NCBI GenBank assembly: GCA_040954595.2
Contig: CM082587.2
Span: 4,668,093 to 4,732,092 of the forward strand
Origin: Balanoglossus misakiensis
Lineage: Eukaryota > Animalia > Hemichordata
Direction of reading: 5' to 3'
Length of the DNA: 64,000 bases
Below the pieces are notes generated by a model. It had not been told where the DNA came from, ran no database searches, and saw only the letters and a list, made by a program, of their open reading frames with translations. This document shows, in pieces, positions 1 to 10,145 of the stretch. A program made the translations under genes and the position numbers. Each line of letters opens with the position of its first letter. Within the stretch, counting starts at the first letter, position 1.

Positions 1-65
1 GTATTGTATTGTATTGTATTGTATTGTATTGTATTGTATTGTATTGTATTGTATTGTATTGTATT
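1..65. repeat. (GTATT)n microsatellite, intronic
   Basis: 13 perfect GTATT units at the window start. Confidence 0.98.
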
Positions 66-236
66 AATAAGACCAGCAGTTCAATTGTCGTTTCTAATCA
101 GTTTTAACTGTGAAAAGGGACAATTTATGGTTCGAACATCCTTGGTTCTTATTGAGACCATGCACTAAATCAGCAACCAGGTTCATTTGTAACAGATGAT
201 CATGTCAAGCTTATCCAATGTTTTTTCTCTTTCAAG

Positions 237-3179
237 CCCACCAATTATCCATCTTGACGTCACACCAGCAAATATCCTGCTAGATGAATTCTTCAACGCA
301 AGACTTGGAGATGTTGGTTTTTGCCATGATAAAAAAACTGTGGATAGTGATCCTTTGAAAATTCATGCCGTATTCTCTCCTGGTACACCCGGATACCAAG
401 ATCCTTCTCTGTTGGAGGATTGGTCCTTCCAGCCGACAAATGATGTGTTCAGTCTAGGTGTTGGTAAGAATCCAGAGTTTTGTTCTGACGTGTGCTTGTG
501 CGATCGGAGGTTTAATTTAGACAGACTGTCAGTACATGGTTTGAGGTTTGACACCTGTAAAATGTCTCACTTTAGCATAATTTGCATGTAATAGTGCCCA
601 TGTCCACATAGAGCTCTACGCAGTATCATTTTTAAAACCAATTACTTTTGTTTTGGTTTGTATAATGTGCTGTGTTGTGTTGTGTTGTGTTGTGTTGTGT
701 TGTGTTGTGTTGTGTTGTGTTGTGTTGTGTTGTGTTGTGCTATGTTGTGCTGTGTTTTACAATTACAGTGATGCTGCGAATGTTGACTGGAATGCCAGCA
801 CTCGTCAATGATGTACAAAAACCACCACTGTCCTTGCATGCGCATCTCCGAAAGCAAGATTGTTTCAAAGACATACAGAAGCTGTTCCAAAAAGTCATCA
901 GGGTATAGAATTAATAATGTTTATTTTGAATTTTGGCCACTTGAACATGCGCAGGGACGTCTCATCTTAAACCAATTGGGGCAAAATAGATGACATTTTT
1001 TTTCAATGTTTTAAGGTTACATAATTATTTAGGCAATGAACAGATATAATAATCATGCATTCAGTGTATCAATACATTGGAAAGATTTGTTTAATTATGC
1101 CATTTCTTTAATCTTTTTTCCCTGCAGTGTGTGTGGCTTTCTGATGAGAACAAAACAAATGCTAAAGCATTTGCAGAACTTATGTGCAAGTGCATTAAAC
1201 CAGCGTCGGAAGAGAGAATTTCAATGGCAGAACTCCACAAACAAATGAAGGTAAAGAGTTTTTGTGCTTAATAAATGGCGACAAAAATTGCATCTATGAT
1301 GAACAGATCACATGATATTATATGGAAAAATTCGATTCAGATTGCATAATGCTGCTTGTTTTAAAGTCGTACTCTTTTTTGTATTCATGGTTTGCATACA
1401 GGACCTGGTTCTTGACCACCTCTTCCATAAATCAGTGGATGGGACTGCAGAGGAACTGTGTGTCTTTTGCCATTTAAACCCAATTGGTAAGAAATATAAA
1501 AAGGTGTAATTTTTCAGCATATTCACATGATGTTTATCATCAAACAAATATATGTGATGTCGGGGATGTTTTGTCTCACGCTTGCCAGTGACCCATTGTA
1601 AGACAAAAGTCCCCAACTTGTGTAAGGTATATCTACCGGTAATCCCAGATAATTTAGGACGTGTGATTCACTTTATTCACTCTTTAATTTCAGTGCGTGA
1701 TCTCCACTTAATCAGCAAACAATGTACTGATACATGTGATGTAGCGTGTGTACAGTGTCTGATAGATTCCAAGACAAATCCGTTGGTATGCCCTGAGCAC
1801 GGGCCAGCACAGCCACCCATTGGTGAGTTACTGAGATTGGAATCATGAGTGTTTTCCAGAATCATTCTCTGATTCACTTGTGGCAGCACAAAATGTACCT
1901 TACATTAGTGCATCCAATTGCAATAATCCACAGGAAAGTTTCTTTACTCATCAATACTTAAAACGTGCACACATATGGATCTTTGTATTTCTGACAGATG
2001 TACACTTTTTCAAGGTTCATTTGTAAAATTACTAAACTACATGGTGTTTTGTATGAGGAAATGCAGGTCGATATGGCACAGGGTGGGGGGGGGGGGTACT
2101 ATTATCATACCCGGATGTATGGCCCAAGTTCATAGAGGCACATACCTGTACATTTATGGTAATTTTCGTAAGATAGGAGACACTCATTTTACATATACCG
2201 TACTACAGTGACATGGTGAAATGTAATCTTTTTTTTTGTCTGAAGGACATTCTATGAGTTTTGGTATATTCATTGGAGCAACAGGCTCAGACGATTTCTG
2301 TCTCGATGCAGAAGGATTATGTGAGGTGTTCACTGATCCCAATATTGGAGCAATAAGGTCAGTTTGTATACAAAATAAAGTCTGCATATAAAAATAATTG
2401 TTAATTCTAGCATGTAAAAATTATGATTTTTACCGATAATCGTACAATTCTGAATTCATACACAAACCGTGCCCCTATAGACTATTGTGTTTCAGAACTT
2501 TTGTGTCATTGGGGCAGTGATCCAGGAGAATTAAGATTCATTATTGTTAGCAGTTTGCCATGAAAGCTCATATACATACAAATCTACCCTTGGTGGATGT
2601 GAATAAGGCTGTTGGGCAATACACTTTTGGAAAATTCTGTGATTCTCATCTATTTCTACTTCCAATTCGAGATAAACCCAGATAAATGTAAGCCGTCACT
2701 GATGCACCAGGATTGTTTGAGGGTCATGCAGTGTACTGTCAGTCTAGATTTTAATGTTGGTAGATGTAACACAAAACAAGTACTGCATGATATAGAAGCT
2801 GTCTTCTGTGTCATTTTCCACACAGAAAGGAGAATGCTATTTTGATGACTTCAAAGTCAGAAGAAAATTTGCAGCCAACTGCAAAGAATATTTTGGAACA
2901 GTTGAAGAATATTAAGGACAAAATGACATGCGAAGAGGAATCAAGCTTGATCTTCTACTTCTCTGGGCATGGTTTCAACAAGGGTTCACGTGTACGTTGC
3001 TGTGAGGAAGACGAATTAGAATCATCACAACTACAATCAGAAATCCATAGCATGAACTTTACCCAACTTCTTCTTATTCTCGACTGTTGTTACGCTGCCA
3101 AAAATGGCCCAATGCAAGTAGGACTTGTGAGGTGTTTTGGTCCTGGCCAAGAAGTGATTTTAAAGAAAGCAATGGGGAG

Positions 3180-3222
<43 letters not shown>

Positions 3223-3669
3223 AAACTTCTTGAGGACAGTGGTATCCCAGTTTTATACAAAAAAGAAGTTGCTGACGTCATCGAGAAGTCTCTTCCAACG
3301 TTGACACAGCTGTCATCAAAGTACAGCGTAATCCAATGGTCATCCAGCATGCATGATGAGCAATCTGTAGGTTACAAAGGTGGACCCTCCGTCTTCACAA
3401 CGCATATCATCGCAGGGCTCCGTGCAGCAAAGATATGCAAGCTCGGTAGATCACCTAAAGGTTGTCAAGAATCCAAGACGTGCGAGAGATGCTCCAGATA
3501 CAGACAGAAAATGCAGAGTCAGTCATGCATATCGTTCTGTGAGCTCAGTGAGTATGTTTTTCATCATGTGAAGGAGCAGCTTTCCAGATATAAAGTATAC
3601 AATCAGACTCCTCACACTGTGGCCAAAGAAAATATTCGTGTGAACAGAAAAATAGCATATTGCTGTTAA
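237..3669 (+). CDS. 5'-truncated multi-exon gene: IRAK/Pelle-like kinase C-lobe + Cys/His zinc-finger-like segment + C14 (metacaspase-like) peptidase
   Basis: Phase-consistent GT-AG exons 237-463, 769-902, 1128-1250, 1402-1486, 1694-1822, 2246-2357, 2826-3669 (stop), about 550 aa visible. Kinase motifs: IIHLDVTPANILLD, ARLGDVG, GTPGYQDP, DVFSLGVVMLRMLTG, C..ERISM. Finger: CVFC..H..C..C..CVQC..CPEH. Protease motifs: FGIFIG, PTAKNI, FYFSGHG, LILDCCYA, QTP. Confidence 0.85.
674..738. repeat. (TTGTG)n microsatellite in an intron of gene A
   Basis: Direct pentamer array; it explains spurious ORFs 642-890 and the start of 672-908. Confidence 0.97.
2246..3669 (+). other. Peptidase C14 caspase-like domain (metacaspase/orthocaspase type) within gene A
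   Basis: Catalytic His in FYFSGHG and Cys in LILDCCYAA. The small-subunit-like part has QWSSS..EQS, SVFTTHIIAGL, ELSEYV and QTP, in the order expected for bacterial C14 and metacaspase domains. Confidence 0.85.
3181..3219 (+). repeat. Coding (GAT)13 microsatellite encoding poly-Asp
   Basis: In-frame run of 13 Asp inside the last exon of gene A. Confidence 0.95.
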
Positions 3670-6345
3670 GCTGAAGGATAGACAGATAGAGACTATCTTG
3701 TGTGTGTGTGTATGTACATGTATGTATGTATGTGCACAGCATGAAACTTATATCCTGAGTACAGCCCTTTCTTATGACTGCGGTGACTGGTTTTTAAGCC
3801 ATTTGATGGAAATCGGCTCCATGACAGGTCTAAGACCAGTGTTAAATGTGTGGTTTTAGTTTATTAAACTATATATTCTTGTCATTTTGTTGATTGAAAA
3901 AAAAATGTTGCATAATATTTTCCTGTAAACAGATTGCCTTGGTTGTACCTGTAAACCTTAATTAGTCAAAACTGGTCAATTGAAATGTCTTAATGGAAAA
4001 TGAAAAGCCTGCCAAAAAAAAGAAAGAAAAAAGAAAAAAGCCACAAATAAATACATCTGTACACATTTGATTCTAGGTACATTTAATGCTCTGTTGTTTT
4101 ATTTTTTGTACATCTAAAAGCCATGTAAGCATCATTTCAGAAAAAAAAACCAAGCAAAACAGGTTTTCATTGTTACTGAGAAAATGTTCAATAGAATTGA
4201 TTGTTACAATTTTTACATTAGTTCAGAAAGAATGTAACCGACATTACCGGTATGTACAGTAAAGGCACTATATATACAAGTACAAAAAGTCTTGTTTTCA
4301 GCTGCAGTTCACTGAACTTTTAGGAGTTAGCATAAAAATACACACTATGGTTATCTTACATGTGTCCATTAATGATATAATACAAGAGTATTTCCTTTTT
4401 GAGTTTGTTTAATCAAAATTCGTGTATACATGTTGCTAGTATACATGGGAATTAATGACAGAAAGTTTATTACATTGGTTTGGTTTTGATGGAATCCTTC
4501 AGTGAGAATTACTGCTGACTTTAAAATAGTTCTAGAAAAATTTGGTGGTTAAAAATGTTATCCTCTTTAAAACCGTTTTCGAACATCAATTTTATTGCAT
4601 GTATATTATCATAAAACATTTTGTATATGCAAAACATGTCTGCAAATATGCTAACATTCTCTTGTCTCTGAAAATGTTCTTTCCGATTCCTACTCTCCAT
4701 GTACAACCCAGTTGACACCAGAGTTAAATGCAAAATATGTTACTTTAAGTAATACATGTACTTTGATGATGTTCTGCAGCTGTTGGTTACAGAGACAACA
4801 ATTCAAAGCAGAACTCTGCAGGACAACTGGCATTCATGTATTTGTATTGAAAAATATTTCAGTTGCACAAAATCAAATTTTGGTTAATTGGCATTATTTC
4901 CTTATGTAATAGCTATGATGTTTGACACCAGACAATTAAGTAGTCACTTGTGATAACACACACAGCTCAGACTCTTAAATTTAAATTACTTCAATCCGAG
5001 CAAACAGTTTCACACAAGTGTTCTCTCACACATTCTGACGCCAAGGAAGAACTTCAGGAATGTGTGGAACAAGCACATTGGCAGACAATAGGTTTTGCAT
5101 GGTCAAGGTGAACCTGAGACATCTCTCATATTATTTTGGCCTGCATTATGATACAAAAATACTGTAAAATAGACACAAGTATTTCAGTACTTACAAAAGT
5201 TTGTTAATTAAAAGTGTACTCTGATTCTTGAAAAATTAAGGTATCTTTTATGCCCCTTAACCTCATTGAAATGATTAAAATGGACATGATTATTTCAATA
5301 CTGACATGTACAAAGTTCATTCATTTTGTTGACATAATTTAAAAAGACATGCAAGTCTTATTGTACTTATATAGTTCATTTGTTTAAAAAATATCCTGTG
5401 ATTATTCAACCAAGTAAGGCATCTCCTACATTGTCCCTTTACCCTTGTTGATAACTTCGACAGCATCAAAGAAAGGCACATGAAAGTTCCAACATGTGGG
5501 AATGCGTTGTATGCTCACTCAATAATATGTCGGTTAATTTAGTCACGTTACTGCTGCAGTGAAAGCTGATTGCAGTGGCATACTGGAGCAACAACAGTTG
5601 CAGTTTCTGTAGGGAACTTTGATGCACCATCCTTAATTGCTGCCATTACAGTAATACCGGTAATAATTATGGAAAATGATTGTTGTCTTGTTTAAATGAC
5701 TACTGGCTTGGCCCGGCACCATTCCCCTAATAGTAAACCCCTCATTATGAGGGGAGGGTTAGTTTCAAAGTCCTGCACTTGATTTTAGAAAGCTTTGATT
5801 ATCCTACAAACAATTCATGTCTAGAAATACATTGCCAATAGAAATATGATCATTGTACTTCATTTAAAGTATAAAAATCTCTTTACAGACTGGATCGTCA
5901 TCTTCAGGAGATATGATTTTCCAAAGCTTTGAGCCAAACTTAAATCTACCTGGTTATTTGCCAATTTGTTATCATCCAGTCACAATTCACAAATATCCTT
6001 AGCCTGAAAAATTTCCATCTTCTCACAGCTGCTATGTCGTTCCCAGAATGGTTCTGATTACACGAAGAAAGTCTGAGAACATGATTTTAAGAGTCCTGCT
6101 TATTTCCTTCCATTTTTGGCACAATGTCAATCATCGTTTAAAATATTCATGAAGCACACGCATATATATTTTCTAAGTTGTGACTCCTAACGCCGGATCG
6201 ACGAGGACGCGAAATCTGCATCAGGGAGGAGCATAATTTGACAACCTTCATCTTTTCACCATTTGCATACAACGTACCGGTAGTGTATTCAATAGCGGTG
6301 GGCAGTTAACTGAAGTCCCCGTGTACACCACTTTGATCCGAATCA

Positions 6346-9300
6346 TCACAGCATATCAGCAATCACTGGCATTTCCAACTCCACCAGCAAGTCGTACAGA
6401 TACCCCACAGTGGAATCGTCTTTGACCTCCCAGTAACTGAAAACTTCTGTCATTGGTAGAGACCTCTGCTGCTGTCTATAATACTGGATAGTCATATTAT
6501 CGATACCAAGCCTGGAAGCCACCATTCTCCAGTCGTGTAAACCTTCAAATGAAAAGAATCAGAAATGTTTTCATCCTTCCAGATTGCATCGCACGAATGT
6601 AAGCTAAGGAGTCACAGTGGCATTGAATGTTTTCGGAGGTTACGGTGCAGTTACTGAATTATGAGAAGGCGAAAATTTATCCTCACGTAACAGTTGCCTC
6701 TTTTGATATCATGACAATTTCCTCTCGCGAAAATAACCAATTTTACAGTACATACACATACAGACAGACTGACAACGGATGCAAGACAAAAACCGATCCC
6801 ATAAGCTAGCTATAGACTATCTCGTCTATCATAGCTAAAAATGCATCATGGCCAAAGGACCGTGATGGACACTTACCATCTGGGGATTCAACACTCAATT
6901 GTGTGCTTATTTTCTGCCTGTGTTCAAATTTCATGCTCCTTACTCTCATATTCTCAGGAAGTCTTGGACCTGAGAGAGAGAGAGGGGAGAGAGAGAGTTT
7001 TAGTATTAATTTCACTGAGCAGCATACTATGTCGACATTTTTGCCCCAATTTCTCATTCAAGCGTAATAGGAAGACGCACACATTTCAAAGTTGGTAGTG
7101 GGACAGGTTTACTTCTTATAAGTATGTATATACCTGCTTTTCCTGCTGGGAGGAACTCCCTCAGCATATTTCCAACATCCTCCCTCTTTAGTTTTTTCTC
7201 AATGACTTGGACTAATCTTCTCTCAGTACACCTGGGATCCATGTCTTGCCAGTATTCCAGAAATCTCCACACACAATACTTGTTCTGAGGAAAACGAAAA
7301 TGAAAAAATATTAACCAATGGCTACCAATCTCTGTGTTAACTCTACTAAGGAAGAAAATCAAAGTAGTGATTTTTACGAATACAAGATGGTGAATATATT
7401 ACTAGTATCTTCTTTGTTTTCAAAAAGACTTGTCAAACACTTCAAATGATATCTATACACCACCCTTTAATTCATAGTCATGCTGTTACCTCACCAATAT
7501 CTTGATCGGTCATGTGTAGCTGTTGAACCAGTTTTTGAAATTCCTCAACTGTGAAATCCTTCAACTCTCTAAAACTGTCAATCGCACCTCGTTTAAACAG
7601 ACCACCCAAGAGAGGGTTGCGGTATGTCGGTGCCAGCTGTTGGTAGGAGTGAGGTGGAGGGGGGTAAACATCGTAGGGTTGTGCAGGTGCAGCGTGAAGG
7701 CTAGGTGTTGGTTGGATACCGTAGGGTAGTTCAGAAGACATTGATTCTGGTGACATCACTCCAAAACCGTGGGGCTGGTGACCATGTGTTGGATGAGACA
7801 TGCCGATAGGTGCAGCCTGTGGTAGAGCAGCTGCAGCTGGAGACGAAACAAGTGAATAAGAGAAACCCCTCGCTAAGTGTGACATCGTAGAGATCATATC
7901 TTGGCCACCAAAGAACCAGGTCTGAATCTCCTACAATTCGTGATATAATGTTCTACACTAAAGAAAAACAAAATAAACAAACGTATCAACATACCTGAAC
8001 CATTACCAACATGCAGCCTCTGAAATTGTTGAATCAGAGCCCCTTCTTGGTTAACTACAGAAAAAATACATCAATTCATTAATGACAAAATGCGTTTAAT
8101 TTTGAGATGAAATGTCACGGTTTTGCCCATAGAAATATCATTGATAGAAAATGAGTCAGCACTTTTCTATTTCCAGCTACTTGTGCTCTACAATTACACA
8201 TTTTGACTTACTGTATCCCTTCTCTACCAAATGCTGGTGTAAACTTTCTGCTGCTTCTTTGCAACCATTTTCTTCAAGTGCACTCCTCAAACAGTCCAGG
8301 GTTGCAGATTTCTGTCTACATGCACATAATATCTGGAACTTCTTTGTATTTGCATCATATGGGTTATTGTGCATTACTGTGTCAAAGTCCACCTCTCTGA
8401 GATGAAGGTCACGGCCAACTGCCATACACTGAGCAACTGTTATTTCCTTGTAAACAAAATTGATGGCGGCGTCAACAACATCAACTGCAGAGACAAAAGT
8501 CAGAAATCAACACCACTGGCACAAAAGTCAATACCAATATATGGAGGTGTTTAAGTTTGGCGCAAATAAAAAAATTACCATGGTTTATAATGAGCAAATA
8601 GGCAATTGGTCCATTGCGGATTAAAAGCTATACATGAATTTCCATCAGTTTTGAAGAGCGTCCTCTTTAGGCGATTCCACATTTGTCTGACTCTGAATAT
8701 TAAAAATTGTTGAAAATGTAGTCGTGCACCTCTCTCTGTTGTCAATAACATATCAGAGCTTTCAGATGACCTTCTGCCGCAGTAAATATTTAATGCCAGT
8801 AAAAATACCACAGCTCTATACCTCTGCATGGATGTCTCTCTGAAGATGTTATACTCACTCTGTTGAGTGGCCGTGCTTGGGACCATACCAGTTGTTGTCA
8901 TGGCAGCCTGTGCTGTTGAGGTAAGTGGCATGCCACTTTGTTCTCTGAGTTGCCGTGCAATGTCTGGATACTGCCTATCACAAAATTCTACAAACCTAGG
9001 GAAGGCTGTGGGACCCTTTCGCAAGAGCATGTCTATAAATTTCCTCGTTTTATCAATATCTGTTAGCAAAGGATGTTTGATCTGCTGTTCTTCTTCGATG
9101 GAAAAGATCTAATGGGGAAAAATAGATAATGATAGAACTCCTAATATTAAATTTAAGTGACACTCATGTTTTGCAAAATATTTTTACAAACACTATTTCA
9201 CTGCAGATGGTCTCAGTAATGATAAATCTACCTTTGCGTGGAGTCGAATGTAGGATGTGTGAAGCAGAGACGTCTTTTTAGTAGAAAACATCAGGAGGCG

Positions 9301-9683
9301 ATCTGACGTACGTGTGCCTCCGTTGAGTGGGCGTGGCGTTTTTAGACACCAAGCGTGCGTGCGGTTCTGCAAGTTTGCCTCCGTACAGCCGATACTTTCA
9401 GCTGCCCGTTTAAAGTAACTGTAACTTGTCCAAAGGAAAACTCTCAACACTCACTTCCACTAGTGCAAGTGTTGGAATAGCTTTGCTTGTTACGGACAAC
9501 TCAATGTACATATACGTGCAAATCGTGGAATGTCACATATGTACAAGGAAGTTGTTAAAAAAAATATTTACTTGCCTCTGACATGAATTCGATCGCACAA
9601 ACGACATCCAAACGCTCGGCAATATAACGTTTTAGACCTCTGAGTATATCCCTGTGCGATTGCTGCATGCCTATTTCCGACAT
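6346..9683 (-). CDS. Death-fold adaptor: N-terminal CARD + three death domains (492 aa, 8 exons)
   Basis: Exons 9683-9576, 9108-8859, 8484-8212, 8054-7995, 7836-7490, 7284-7134, 6969-6877, 6542-6346, all phase-compatible. CARD: MQQSHRDILR..KFIDMLLRKGPTAFPRFVEFC. DD1: AVGRDLHLREVD..ATLDCLRSALEENG. DD2: FLEYW..LKREDVGNML. DD3: LSVESPDGLHDWRMVASRLGI..VFSYWE..TVGYLYDLLVEL. Confidence 0.85.
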
Positions 9684-10145
9684 AGCGTATTTTGTCGTTA
9701 GGGAAACCCCCAAGTCCAGCAACGTTTCTTCACATACGCGTACGTACGTGTCGAAAGCGAGGTTGGGAAAGCCCTAACGGGGAATTCGCAAACTGTCGTT
9801 CGTGGGTCAGCGTTAACCCAACATTTTTACAGTATCATCCGTTTCTGCCATACATGATAATTTCGATTCATAAATTGGATATTAATCGCATGTGCAATAT
9901 TTTGCTGGATTTAACCTGCAGATACAATAATTGACTGCGCTTTATAACGCGTATATTTTTTTGTACACGTACAAGATTTACGATCGAAGCCGCGTTCTGT
10001 TAATAGAGAGCTTGACTGAATTCGTGTGTGAGGGATTGCCTGCGATAACTGGTATCTAAAACGGTCGCGATGTGAACTGTGCATTTTTTACGTCGACCAG
10101 ATTTCCAGAAATGTCGCCGAACATGGTGTTTGCACTCGAAGAACA
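9684..10145. promoter_or_regulatory. Putative bidirectional promoter between gene B and raw, with clustered NF-kB/Rel-like sites
   Basis: 462-bp head-to-head gap, visibly CpG-rich compared with both gene bodies. GGGAAACCCC 9701-9710 fits GGGRNWYYCC; GGGAAAGCCC 9765-9774 and GGGAATTCGC 9780-9789 are near matches. Confidence 0.55.

Noticed and set aside
642-908. HNTTQ and VVLCC repeat ORFs
   Set aside because: Translations of the (TTGTG)n microsatellite; only 769-902 is a real exon
7837-7930. Upstream extension of ORF 7478-7897 as part of the exon
   Set aside because: The acceptor at 7931 gives the wrong phase after exon 8054-7995; the pyrimidine-rich acceptor at 7837 fits
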